A DNA stretch of 64,000 nt from an uncultured Succiniclasticum sp. (GCA_902801365.1 CADCHY010000001.1:16272-80271); one strand, 5' to 3'. Positions 38,889 through 48,537 are shown, counted from the stretch's first letter. Program-made: numbers and translations. The notes: a model not told the origin generated them from the sequence alone.

Positions 38889-39851
38889 TCATTCCCGCAA
38901 TATCCGCATCGTCTCTTCGTAGTCTTCCCTTGCTTCCGGGAAAAATACCGTGGTACAATAACAGTGCGGCATATCTTTCGCCATTTTCAGATGGTGCTTT
39001 ACCCCTGCTTTCGTCAGCATTTCGTCATAGGTCGCAGCTTTGGCAGAAAGCACTTCCGATGTCCCGTAATAAATCCAGGTCTCCGGAAAGCCTGAAAAAT
39101 CTGCTCCGTCACAGCTTTGCATCCATTGCGGTATTGTCGTCTTACCATGAGACAGCAACGGTTGTATAGTTCTCATATACTGCGCCGAAAGCATGATATC
39201 CTTGCTGTTCAGGGACTGCATCTTTTCCCATTCTTCCTCTGTAGAAGGTACCCCTCCGGGAGAAATCAGTATTAGTTTTTCCGGCATGGGCAAAGGGTTA
39301 TTGTTCTCATTCAGGTATGCTCCAAGTAACAGCAGCAACGCCCCGCCGGAGGAGTAGCCATACCAGCGTACGTCTGCGTATTCCCGGCACATAGCGGCAT
39401 ACACTTGCTGCAGCATGCGGACGCTGTCCCGAATCGTATATTCATCGCACAGCGGATAATAGGGAAACCACACATCCGCTCCCGTATTGGCCGCCATCTT
39501 TTTTGCAAAGCCAACAAACATCCGGGGCGGCGCCAATAAAAGCCCTCCGCCGTATACGCACAGGACAGCCTTTTTCGCCTTATTTTTATGACAGATTGCC
39601 AGGCAATGAAACTCTTCGGAAAGCCCTTCTTCAGAAACAGGCTGCCTGTTATTTCCGGCAGTGCCGTCCAGATTAACGACCCGTACCGTTTCATCCCGAT
39701 AAAGAAATTTCCCGTCTTTTGGGACAAAGAAACGATTCAGCTTGTTACGCCTGCGTATCTGCTTCAGCATTTTATCCCTGGGCAGGCCGGTGATACGCTT
39801 GCTACCGGACAGGCGTACCAGCAGCTTCGTGATGGTCAACTGTATGCTCAT
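38889..39851 (-). CDS. Alpha/beta hydrolase (HSL-like esterase)
   Basis: YGGG, GYSSGG nucleophile elbow, GTSEVL, MPHCY. Confidence 0.85.
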   Translation of the reverse strand: MSIQLTITKLLVRLSGSKRITGLPRDKMLKQIRRRNKLNRFFVPKDGKFLYRDETVRVVNLDGTAGNNRQPVSEEGLSEEFHCLAICHKNKAKKAVLCVYGGGLLLAPPRMFVGFAKKMAANTGADVWFPYYPLCDEYTIRDSVRMLQQVYAAMCREYADVRWYGYSSGGALLLLLGAYLNENNNPLPMPEKLILISPGGVPSTEEEWEKMQSLNSKDIMLSAQYMRTIQPLLSHGKTTIPQWMQSCDGADFSGFPETWIYYGTSEVLSAKAATYDEMLTKAGVKHHLKMAKDMPHCYCTTVFFPEAREDYEETMRILRE

Positions 39852-40264
39852 GAAATTATTACTTCCGTCGTGCCTTTAATCACTTTTTCCTGCTTTCCGT
39901 TCAGGCACTGCACCTGCATCCGGACTTGCAGTTCATTCTCCGCGCCTTCAACCGGTACAGCCTTCATGACTTTGGCTTCCGTTGTAATCGTGTCGCCCGG
40001 ATATACCGGTGCCATAAAGCTCGTTTCGATTACCCCGCTGGTCAGCCAGTCCCTGCCAAATGTATGGATCATCAGTTCCTGAATAAAGGCCACGCTTAAC
40101 ATGCCATGGGCAATCGTCCCGCCGAAGCGCGTGGTTTTTGCAAACTCCGGATCAATATGCAGCGGGTTGTGGTCTTCCGCTGCGTCTGCATAGCGGTTAA
40201 TCATTTCCTGAGTCACATTCTTTGCCGGTAATGTAAACACATCACCTTTACTGATTTCTTTCAT
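39848..40264 (-). CDS. MaoC-family (R)-specific dehydratase, catalytic-type subunit
   Basis: DHNPLH hydratase motif, FGGTIAHGM, PVYPGD. Confidence 0.88.
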   Translation of the reverse strand: MKEISKGDVFTLPAKNVTQEMINRYADAAEDHNPLHIDPEFAKTTRFGGTIAHGMLSVAFIQELMIHTFGRDWLTSGVIETSFMAPVYPGDTITTEAKVMKAVPVEGAENELQVRMQVQCLNGKQEKVIKGTTEVIIS

Positions 40265-40377
40265 TTTTTCCTCTTCCCGCTTCCATTTATGAAGCTTTTC
40301 ATCAAGACAACCGCACACATTACGCAACGCTTCTATAAGAAAGCTGATGCGCAATGCTTACTTTAAGAATCCATCCT

Positions 40378-40767
40378 TTACGCCGGCAAAATAATGGTGA
40401 TTTCGCTTTCCACGGCCAGTTCCCCGGCTTCATTAAAAGCTTCTACCTTTTGCACCACAAATTTCAGGCCGCGTTTTTCCATTTTTTCTTTCACCTGACC
40501 CCGCAGCGTCAGTGTTTCATTCCAATGAATGGGCTTACGGTAACGGAATACCTGCTTCATATGGACCGTTCCGTTTTCCAGTTGCTCGCCGGTCAGCGCT
40601 TCCCACCGGGTGTAAACAGCAGCATAGGCCGGGGGAACCAGACGTTCCGACTCATACAGCGGTTCCTTATCTTCCACCGCTGCCACATAGGCCTTCACCG
40701 CTTCTTCTGTCACTTTGAATTTTTTTTCGGGGTAAGGCACACCCACTTGTACTTCCGCAAATTTCAT
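40378..40767 (-). CDS. MaoC/hot-dog-fold protein with degenerate motif (partner subunit)
   Basis: AYVAAVEDKEPLY, VPPAY, VHMKQVFRYRKPI, FVVQKVEAFNEAGELA. Confidence 0.75.
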   Translation of the reverse strand: MKFAEVQVGVPYPEKKFKVTEEAVKAYVAAVEDKEPLYESERLVPPAYAAVYTRWEALTGEQLENGTVHMKQVFRYRKPIHWNETLTLRGQVKEKMEKRGLKFVVQKVEAFNEAGELAVESEITIILPA

Positions 40768-40834
40768 GATTCTTACCACATCCAACCCGTAACAGGATTG
40801 AATCTTCCTTTCGTCCGGAACAATCCGGAAATAT

Positions 40835-41659
40835 TTATACTGAATTCGTCCCCTGCTTCGTTTGTTCCTTTTCCCGTTCTTCGATACGTTTGCCCACTTC
40901 TTCCGCAAAATCCGCAGCGATTTCCAGTCCGACCTGCAATCCTTTTCTAATCTGGCGGCCGGTTTCTGCCACTACACTCAGCAAGTCTTCAATCTGATGG
41001 GATTCGGAAATGCCTGTTTTGCACCAGATGGCAAAGTGCTCGCAGTTGTTCGTCCACAAACTGTACTGTGTTTCACCGATACGTTCCCGGGCGCGGACCA
41101 CTGTTTCCTCCGGCGTGTACAGGTGATAATTGCTGATTTTCAGCACATCCCACAGAGTCTGAGCCTTTTCAGGATGGGCAAACTTTTTCCGGAACTCCGC
41201 AAAAGGTATTTCCTCCGTAGGACGCCCGTACACTTTCGGAAATTCACAGATGCTGTAGACAAGACTCCCGTTCAGGAACTCCTCCATATCTGCCTGATGG
41301 ATACAGATCTTATAATGATCTGATGGGTCAATGTCGTAATGGATCACCTTGTTGTCGCCCGCATAGATGCCATAATGTTCAAACCCGATGCGATGCACAC
41401 ATATCACATCCCCATACTCCGGCTCCTCCAGCAGTCCCGGATCCGTCTCCAGGTCCAGCGCCTGCCGCACGTTGCTGGAAAACTTATTAGCTGCCATAAA
41501 AATCGGATTGATCCGGCTGCCGATTCCATCCCGAATCTCATTGAGCCGGTTTTCAATCTGATTTTCGATACTTTCAGGCATCTTCTCATCAATCTCATGC
41601 CCGACAGTACTTTCTTCTGTTTTATCTTTGTCAATTCCGGCTTTATCTAATTCTGCCAT
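40835..41659 (-). CDS. LRAT/NC-domain (permuted NlpC/P60) protein
   Basis: EHYGIYAG..VIHY..YSLWTNNCEHFAIWCKTG. Confidence 0.88.
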   Translation of the reverse strand: MAELDKAGIDKDKTEESTVGHEIDEKMPESIENQIENRLNEIRDGIGSRINPIFMAANKFSSNVRQALDLETDPGLLEEPEYGDVICVHRIGFEHYGIYAGDNKVIHYDIDPSDHYKICIHQADMEEFLNGSLVYSICEFPKVYGRPTEEIPFAEFRKKFAHPEKAQTLWDVLKISNYHLYTPEETVVRARERIGETQYSLWTNNCEHFAIWCKTGISESHQIEDLLSVVAETGRQIRKGLQVGLEIAADFAEEVGKRIEEREKEQTKQGTNSV

Positions 41660-41752
41660 CTTTCAAACGTAGCCTTCCATTTTTTATTTACTCTTTATCA
41701 CAATCACGTCAGCCTGTTCCCGCTGACATACAGAATGAATCCGTACGGCAAA

Positions 41753-42625
41753 TCACTTCTTCTTGCTGAAATAAATCCACAGCCCGCCTAAAATGCAGAG
41801 CATCCCCAGTCCCTGCTGCAACACGATACTTTCACCGAAAATCAGAAACGCGAGGATAATCGTTCCTACCGGTTCACCCAGAATCCCCATGGTGACAGCC
41901 GTAGCCGGAAGATATTTAAGCAGCAGATTAAATACACACTGTCCGCCAACCGTTGCAAACAGGGCAAGACCTAAAAAACATCCCCAGGTCTGCAGGGAGT
42001 AACCGGTAAAGGCCTGGCCTGAAACCAGCGCGTACAAGGCAAGGCATACCGTACTGGCCGAATAACACACTGTCGTATAAGGCAGCACATCCAGTTCTTT
42101 CCGGAGAATCTGCCCGAAGAGAAAGTGCAGGCTGATGACTCCCGCAGACGCAAACGAGAGCAAATCCCCCCAGAACGCCGTGCCGCTGATCTGAAAATCC
42201 CCCCAGCCGATGATGATGGAGCCGGCGATAGCCAGAAGCACACCGATTATGCCCTGCCGGGAGACTTTTTCATGAAGCAGCAGACCGCCCCACAATATGG
42301 AAAAAAGCGGCTGCAGGGAAACCAGCACCGTGGAACTGGCCACCGACGTGTACCGCAGGGACTCAAACCACATTACCCAGTGAACGGCCAGCAATGCCCC
42401 CGAGACAACGGCCAGCCTGATCTGACGCCCGTCAAGCTGGTACAGTTGTTCCCGTTCCTTTTTCCGGTAAAATAAGGCAGGTACTAAAAAGCACAGGGTA
42501 AACAGCAGACGGTAAAACGCAATGATACCCGAAGGCGCTTCCGCCAGCTTTACAAAAATCGCTGACGTGGACAGGAACAATACGCCTAATCCCAGCGAGC
42601 CGTACAGAAAAAACGTTGATTGCAT
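41753..42625 (-). CDS. EamA/DMT-family transporter
   Basis: Ten TM segments, TSVASSTVL..QP, LGEPVG. Confidence 0.9.
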   Translation of the reverse strand: MQSTFFLYGSLGLGVLFLSTSAIFVKLAEAPSGIIAFYRLLFTLCFLVPALFYRKKEREQLYQLDGRQIRLAVVSGALLAVHWVMWFESLRYTSVASSTVLVSLQPLFSILWGGLLLHEKVSRQGIIGVLLAIAGSIIIGWGDFQISGTAFWGDLLSFASAGVISLHFLFGQILRKELDVLPYTTVCYSASTVCLALYALVSGQAFTGYSLQTWGCFLGLALFATVGGQCVFNLLLKYLPATAVTMGILGEPVGTIILAFLIFGESIVLQQGLGMLCILGGLWIYFSKKK

Positions 42626-42633
42626 GCGGTCAC

Positions 42634-42969
42634 TTACTTTCCATGTTCAGGCACAACGGCAAAAAACGTTAAATCTTCCGTGCCGTCATTAATTACCGTA
42701 TGGGTTGATCCTTCCGGACAGTAGCAGGCCACACCGGGCTCCAGGACTTCCTTTTCCCCGTCGCAGACAATGTAACCTTTTCCGGATAAACCGTAAATAA
42801 TCTCGCTGCTTCCTTCATGCTTATGTTCACCAACAGTCGCACCCGGCACAAGGCGACCCAGCAGAATCTTATTGTTTGCATCTGCAAACATTTTGGCATT
42901 CAATTCTTTTTCCCCGCCTTTAAAATGCGGCAGGGCCTTTTCTTCTATTTTTGAATAATCAAAACGCAC
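42634..42969 (-). CDS. Cupin-domain protein
   Basis: GEHKHEGSSEIIY..G.G..CPEGSTH. Confidence 0.88.
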   Translation of the reverse strand: MRFDYSKIEEKALPHFKGGEKELNAKMFADANNKILLGRLVPGATVGEHKHEGSSEIIYGLSGKGYIVCDGEKEVLEPGVACYCPEGSTHTVINDGTEDLTFFAVVPEHGK

Positions 42970-42983
42970 GGTCAGTCACTCCT

Positions 42984-43244
42984 TTACAAATGATCGATGG
43001 AACCCCGGATATGGGTGTAGATCACTTTCGCCCCGGTCAGCGGCACCACGATGGGCTCCAGTTCCCGCAGGTCTTCCACCCGCCAGCCTTCATTCCGTTC
43101 TTCCAGCAGTTTCAGCGCATCGTCCAGCGTTTCCGCTTCCACGATTGCCAATGCGTCCAGATAAAACTCGTTCACCACGCAGGGCTCATTGATCATACTG
43201 TGGCTGTGATAGGTTTTATTATGCCGCCAGATATACAGATTCAT
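42984..43244 (-). CDS. Hypothetical protein (86 aa)
   Basis: RBS GGAGG; tight operon spacing between the nitroreductase and cupin genes. Confidence 0.75.
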   Translation of the reverse strand: MNLYIWRHNKTYHSHSMINEPCVVNEFYLDALAIVEAETLDDALKLLEERNEGWRVEDLRELEPIVVPLTGAKVIYTHIRGSIDHL

Positions 43245-43246
43245 AA

Positions 43247-43855
43247 TTATACCTCCCCTACATACGTTACCGGATTTCCTTTCCGTTCCACTATCCGCCG
43301 CAGAGGCAGCCCGTCCGGTGAATCAGGATATCCCAGCGCCATACTGGCATAGACAGTCTCCCCGTCCTGCATGCCCAGGGTTTTCAGACAGGCAACCATG
43401 ACAGGGTTGCTGTTCAGCCAGTTAATCTGGTTGATCCAGCAGCTGCCCAGATCCAGCGCATTTGCCATCAGCATCATGTTTTCCACTGCGCAGCTGCAGT
43501 CTGCCATATTGTTGCCGTAACCGATCCGGTTCGCTGCCAGAATCAGCACCGGCGCATTGTAATGAAATACATACGTTCCCTTTTTGCTCAGCTTGATAGA
43601 CTTTGCCATCGACGCATAAGTATCAGGTTTCAGTTCCATCTTCGAAAACTCTTCCCGGGCTATGCGGGCCAGTTCTGACAATACAGCCTTATCCCGGATT
43701 ACAATAAAATGCGTCGTCTGGTTATTGCCGCCGCTGGGTGCAAAGCGCCCTGCTTCGATGACCTGTTCCAGTTTTTCTTTTTCTACAGGTTTATCTGAAA
43801 ATTTGCGTGTGCTGTGGCGTGTCTTAATCAAGGTAAGCGCATCCATGTAGTCCAC
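43247..43855 (-). CDS. Nitroreductase-family protein
   Basis: RHSTRKF, APSGGNNQ, AVENMMLMANALDLGSCWI, LGYP. Confidence 0.92.
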   Translation of the reverse strand: MDYMDALTLIKTRHSTRKFSDKPVEKEKLEQVIEAGRFAPSGGNNQTTHFIVIRDKAVLSELARIAREEFSKMELKPDTYASMAKSIKLSKKGTYVFHYNAPVLILAANRIGYGNNMADCSCAVENMMLMANALDLGSCWINQINWLNSNPVMVACLKTLGMQDGETVYASMALGYPDSPDGLPLRRIVERKGNPVTYVGEV

Positions 43856-44098
43856 CCTTTCTTCCCAAAGCCTTTCATTTCATTATAAGTCATAAGCTTT
43901 AAAGTTCATCACCCCGGTATTTCTTTTTTACTTATTATACACTATCAGGATGAATTATAATAATATTCTACAATATATTTTTAGAAAAGAAAATCCCGAT
44001 CCGTTTTCAGGACCGGGATTTCACCTTTAACTAATTTTATGTTTTACGCGCCGCAATTTTGAATCGGTGATTCCTCAAGTATCAGAAACGACAACCGA

Positions 44099-45106
44099 TC
44101 ATTTCGCAAACTTCGCAATATCTTCAGGAACTTTCAGACCCAGTTTTTCAGCCTGAGCTTTGTTGATGCTGGGAGTGAACTCTTTTTGGACGGCAATGGG
44201 CATATCCTGAGGTTTCGCCTTGCCCAAAAGGATATCGCCGGCCATTTCGCCGCTGATAACACCTAACTGGAAAAATTCGATGTTGACACTGGCCGTGGCT
44301 CCGTTCTTTAACAGGATTGCGTCTGCCGCAATAACAGGAATCTTTGCTTCATTAGTGATGGTGACCAGCGCCGGCGTAGCGGATGCGATAATGTTATCGG
44401 TGGGAACATAGATGAAGTCAACGCCCTTGCTTACCAGGCTCCGGGCAATCTCCTGAATATCGTTAACGGTGTTTACGCTGCCTTCTTCAAACGCAACGCC
44501 CACCTTTTTCAGATGCTCTTCCGCCATTTTAATCTGAATCTGGGAATTCATTTCGCTGGAGGTAAACATCAGACCCACTTTCTTCGCGCCGGGTTTCAGT
44601 TTCAGGCCCAGATCCAACTGTGCCGCCACAGGGGCCATATCGCTGGCGCCGGTTACGTTGGTCTCCGGTTTTTTATCGGATTTGACCAGTTTGGCAGATT
44701 CAAAACTGGTGATAGCATTACCTACAATCGGAATAGTTTTCGTTGCGTTGGCCACGGTCTGGGCTGCAGGCGTGGAAATGGCGCAGATAAGGTCAACCTT
44801 ATTGTTTACAAAACGCTGGGCAATAGTCTGCAGGTTGGACTGATCCCCCTGTGCATTCTGCGCGTCGTATTTTACGTTTTTGCCTTCCACGAAGCCTTTT
44901 TTCTTCATGCCTTCGATGAAACCCTTGCGGGAATCATCGAGTGCTTCATGCTGTACGATCTGGACGATGCCTACATTATATACTTTTGCCGCGTCTTTTT
45001 TCGGAGCTTCCGCTTTTTTATCTCCGCCGCCGCAACCGGCCGCAGCAAAGGCCATCATGGACAAGAGCATACCGGCTGCCAAAAACTTTTTGCTTTTAAA
45101 AAACAT
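44099..45106 (-). CDS. ABC transporter substrate-binding lipoprotein (TrpX/DUF534-like)
   Basis: AAAGC lipobox, QHEALD, NAQGDQS, VPTDN; no permease or ATPase adjacent. Confidence 0.85.
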   Translation of the reverse strand: MFFKSKKFLAAGMLLSMMAFAAAGCGGGDKKAEAPKKDAAKVYNVGIVQIVQHEALDDSRKGFIEGMKKKGFVEGKNVKYDAQNAQGDQSNLQTIAQRFVNNKVDLICAISTPAAQTVANATKTIPIVGNAITSFESAKLVKSDKKPETNVTGASDMAPVAAQLDLGLKLKPGAKKVGLMFTSSEMNSQIQIKMAEEHLKKVGVAFEEGSVNTVNDIQEIARSLVSKGVDFIYVPTDNIIASATPALVTITNEAKIPVIAADAILLKNGATASVNIEFFQLGVISGEMAGDILLGKAKPQDMPIAVQKEFTPSINKAQAEKLGLKVPEDIAKFAK

Positions 45107-45278
45107 AAACTTACCCTTCTTTCACTAATATATTTGCATAAATCAATGATACAAAATCAAAATGCCAAAGTCAACCTGAAATTGTCGAGAATATATAAAT
45201 CAGCAAAACGGTAAGGCAGAGTGAACACAACCTGCTATTGCAAATCGCAATGATCCGCCACGTTATGTAAAACGCCCT

Positions 45279-45941
45279 TTACATTCTGGCCTGAAGATAT
45301 CCCATTGCTTTCGGAAGATCGTCCACAATTACCTCCGCCAATCCGCGCATTTCCTCATCGGGTTGTTGCATGTCCGGCACCATGATCGGGTGCATCCCCG
45401 CCCGGTGCGCCGCACGGATCCCGTTAAAAGAATCCTCCAGCACATAACAGTTTGCAGGAATCGCTCCCAGTACTTTGGCCGCTGCCAAAAAAATGTCCGG
45501 TTCCGGTTTGCTGCGGGGCGCCATGTCCCCACCCAGGACTGCGTCAAAAAACGACAACAGACGGGCTTCCTCCAGCTCCAGTTTCACAATATCCGAACGG
45601 GTGGAAGAAGCCAGTGCCAATGGTACACACCGCTGTTTCAAATCTTGTAAAATTTCCACGACGCCGGGTTTTAATGGCAGCCTTCCCTCGCCGTACCGTT
45701 CGCGGAACAAGGCAGTCACTTCCTTTTTATAGGTATCATACGGAAAATCATTCCCGTATTTTTCCCGGAACCGTTTCCCCGTTTCCTGCCGGTTATTGCC
45801 CTGAACCCGCATACAGATTTCCACAATATCCGGAATGTTATGTTTTTCGGCAATGACCTGCCAGCATTCGATCACCAGCCGCTCCGAATCAAAAATCACG
45901 CCGTCCATATCAAAGATGACGGCCTGCACCTGTTTATCCAT
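45279..45941 (-). CDS. HAD-family phosphatase (beta-PGM-like)
   Basis: FDMDGVIFDSE, ASST, KPEPDIF, EDSFNG. Confidence 0.92.
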   Translation of the reverse strand: MDKQVQAVIFDMDGVIFDSERLVIECWQVIAEKHNIPDIVEICMRVQGNNRQETGKRFREKYGNDFPYDTYKKEVTALFRERYGEGRLPLKPGVVEILQDLKQRCVPLALASSTRSDIVKLELEEARLLSFFDAVLGGDMAPRSKPEPDIFLAAAKVLGAIPANCYVLEDSFNGIRAAHRAGMHPIMVPDMQQPDEEMRGLAEVIVDDLPKAMGYLQARM

Positions 45942-46048
45942 TGGTAATTATCCTCCTGCTCCCTATTATAAACCATGTTGTCATGTTATAATAGGAGTAT
46001 CATAAAAATTCAGAAGTTTTATTTCTAATATGCGGGGAGGTCTGTACC

Positions 46049-47167
46049 ATGAATTGTATCCGCCGTTTACTCCTCACATCCGGTACCTCGCTGCTGCTCG
46101 TTGCCGGCATTTGCCTTGCAACAGTACCGGCTAACGCTGCCGTAACCCCTGCCGCCCCGTTGCAGGAGGAAATGCAATACCTCACCGCTTCGCAACTGGC
46201 CGAAGAAGAACACCTGATGGCGGTTTTATGGATACAGCGTTCCGCTGAATACCGGGCCCTGAGCTACCAGGCGTACAATCTGGCAACCATGGAAGTGGAT
46301 AAAGCCATCGAGCAGCGCAGGAAAGAAGAAAAGAAAAAACTATCGGAACAAAAAAGAAGTCTTCGCCCGCTGGCCGTCGTTCTCGACATCGACGATACCA
46401 TCGTCAGCAATGCGCCCATGCAGGTACATTATCTTGAACATCCCGAAGCACGGGCCAACTTCAATGCCTGGGAGCAGTGGATCCTGCAGCAAAACGAACT
46501 GATTCCCGGCGCCGGGGATTTTCTGAAACATGCTGACAAGCACGGCGTTCAGATTTTCTACGTAACCGCCCGCGGCCCGCAGGACAAAGAGGCCACGATC
46601 CGCTTTTTGCAAAAAGCCGGTCTCCCCTTTCCCGACGCAACACATCTGCTGATGAATGACCGCAGCGGCAGCAAGATGAAGAACTTTGCCAGGCTGGCGC
46701 GACGCTATGATATCATCTGCTATCTGGGCGACAACGCCGGTGATTTTCCCATCGGCGCTGTGCGGGAAGACAATGAGATAAGTTACAAAAAAGAAGCTGG
46801 CGAAATAAAATCCGGCAGCGAAACAACAAAAAGCAGCGACACGGAAGCAAAACACAAATTCATTCGCGAAAAAAATGAAACTGCCGCTGAACCGGGAACA
46901 GAACTGCAAACCGGAAAAGACAAAACCAAAATGATGTTAGACATCGCCGCCATGCTGAAGCACGACAAAAATGCAAAACGCAACCGCATCGTTGACGGGT
47001 ACAAACGCGACTTCGGCACTAAATTTATCCTGCTGCCCAACCCCTTGTACGGCGACTGGGAAAACAATCTGGCAAAAAATTATCGCAAGCTGCCTTCAGC
47101 GCAACATATCGCCTTACGGAAAGCAGCGCTGAAGAGTCCGCCGGTTACGGCGGGGAAAAAAACATGA
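46049..47167 (+). CDS. Secreted class C acid phosphatase / 5'-nucleotidase (e(P4)-like)
   Basis: WIQRSAEYRALSYQAYN, VVLDIDDT, LGDNAGDF, FILLPNPLYGDWE. Confidence 0.88.
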   Translation: MNCIRRLLLTSGTSLLLVAGICLATVPANAAVTPAAPLQEEMQYLTASQLAEEEHLMAVLWIQRSAEYRALSYQAYNLATMEVDKAIEQRRKEEKKKLSEQKRSLRPLAVVLDIDDTIVSNAPMQVHYLEHPEARANFNAWEQWILQQNELIPGAGDFLKHADKHGVQIFYVTARGPQDKEATIRFLQKAGLPFPDATHLLMNDRSGSKMKNFARLARRYDIICYLGDNAGDFPIGAVREDNEISYKKEAGEIKSGSETTKSSDTEAKHKFIREKNETAAEPGTELQTGKDKTKMMLDIAAMLKHDKNAKRNRIVDGYKRDFGTKFILLPNPLYGDWENNLAKNYRKLPSAQHIALRKAALKSPPVTAGKKT

Positions 47168-47257
47168 AAAGCAAAAAAAGAGATACCGGATTTCGATTCG
47201 GTATCTCTTCTCTTATTTTTCACCACTTTTACAGTATACAAAAAGTGGGAGTCATTC

Positions 47258-47609
47258 TGGTGGAGGTGGAGGGAGTCGAACCCTCGTCCGAACATATTGC
47301 CATACAACTTTCTCCGAGCGCAGACAGCATACTTTGGTTCGCTCCGGCACCGCCTGCCGACCGGCTGCGCCATCGCTAGTTCGTAAGATTTAACCCGGAG
47401 CTACGAACCTTGCTCACGGACGATCCCGCTAAGTGACGTTCTTACCGCTCCTGCGGGAGCCGGATTGGCAGAACGGGTTGCTTTAATTAAGCAGCCAGTG
47501 CTAATTCGTGATCTGCGTTTAAATTTAAACGTCCACCGTTTAACGTGCTGATGGAACCACGGCTCGCTTATCGTACACCACCTATACCCGTCGAAGCCTT
47601 TACACCCCC
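47258..47609 (-). ncRNA. ssrA: tmRNA; tag (A)ADHELALAA at 47487-47516
   Basis: 5' GGGGGTGTAAAGGCTTCGACGGG; 3' GAGGGTTCGACTCCCTCCACCTCCACCA; tag ORF GCA GAT CAC GAA TTA GCA CTG GCT GCT TAA. Confidence 0.95.
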
Positions 47610-47809
47610 GGTTAAAGGCCCCTGCCCATGGCAGGAAAGAGTAACAGCTGACCACCGCAACGGATTGCAACCCGGTACGCCGTGCTGTCAGAACAGGCTG
47701 TTAAAACAGCACCGTTGCCGCAGATTTCGTGCATAACGGATTATAGCACAAGTCAATTACAAAATCAATCAAACGAAATGTGAATTCTTTGAGTTGCTCT
47801 GATTAAGAA

Positions 47810-48526
47810 TTATTCCAGCGCAAATTCAAGATCTACATTCGCGTTTACGGTGATGACGCCGGGATCCAGTTCGGTGGGTGCAACTTCCGCCGTATCCAGG
47901 CTGGCTGCTTTTGCCATCATCACGTTGCGGTTCATGGTATGTGTCACGTTGCCTGATGTGCTGAAGCCTGCATGTATCAGGCGTCCCAGAGTACGCCCGC
48001 CCGCCCGGGCAACCACGGCAGCCTTGCTCCTGGCATTGACCACTGCTTCCTCCAGAAGGCTGTTTTCAAACAGGGAGCGGTTGTTCAGCCCGAATTCCAC
48101 CCTGTCAACAGTAAAGTTGCAGCCGATGGACTTATCGATCACCACGCCCAGCTTTTCCAGATCTTTGATTTTCACTTTGTAATCCGCCCGGGCAATGTAA
48201 CCGGTGAGCCTGCGTTTATTCTTTTCATAGCTGTATTCCGGCTGCAACGTATAACGGACGGTCTGGACATCCTGCCCGGCAATCATCTGGCCCAGCAACA
48301 TATGTCTGAACGACGCCATATCCTTTGTCAGGCTTTCCCTCGCCGCCTCTGCGACGGCTGCCCGTTTTTCCAGATTACCGTACAGCGTCGCCATGTCCGG
48401 CGCAACTTCTGCGCTGGCATGCCCATTGACAGAAATACTGTCCCGTTCCGCTGCAAACGAACCGCTGCAGAAAAAAATAAGCACAGTCATCATAACAAGC
48501 AATAAAGCGATGAATTTTCGTTTCAT
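47810..48526 (-). CDS. SIMPL/DUF541 family secreted protein
   Basis: Signal peptide, ISVNGHASAEVAPD, AVVNARSKA, PGVITV. Confidence 0.85.
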   Translation of the reverse strand: MKRKFIALLLVMMTVLIFFCSGSFAAERDSISVNGHASAEVAPDMATLYGNLEKRAAVAEAARESLTKDMASFRHMLLGQMIAGQDVQTVRYTLQPEYSYEKNKRRLTGYIARADYKVKIKDLEKLGVVIDKSIGCNFTVDRVEFGLNNRSLFENSLLEEAVVNARSKAAVVARAGGRTLGRLIHAGFSTSGNVTHTMNRNVMMAKAASLDTAEVAPTELDPGVITVNANVDLEFALE

Positions 48527-48537
48527 GTCAGCCTCCG

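Noticed and set aside
39848-40767. MaoC pair as a replacement for the fabZ missing from the fab cluster
   Set aside because: In LPS-making bacteria fabZ normally sits in the lpx cluster, so its absence from this window is uninformative.
47200-47290. tmRNA 3' end or tRNA-Val 3' end (31811) as island attachment sites
   Set aside because: I saw no second copy of either 3' end and no integrase in the window.
47080-47736. ORFs 47080..47373, 47164..47379, 47401..47670 and 47545..47736, and a 40-codon ORF in the ssrA leader
   Set aside because: They overlap the tmRNA or its leader and have no RBS or recognisable motifs.
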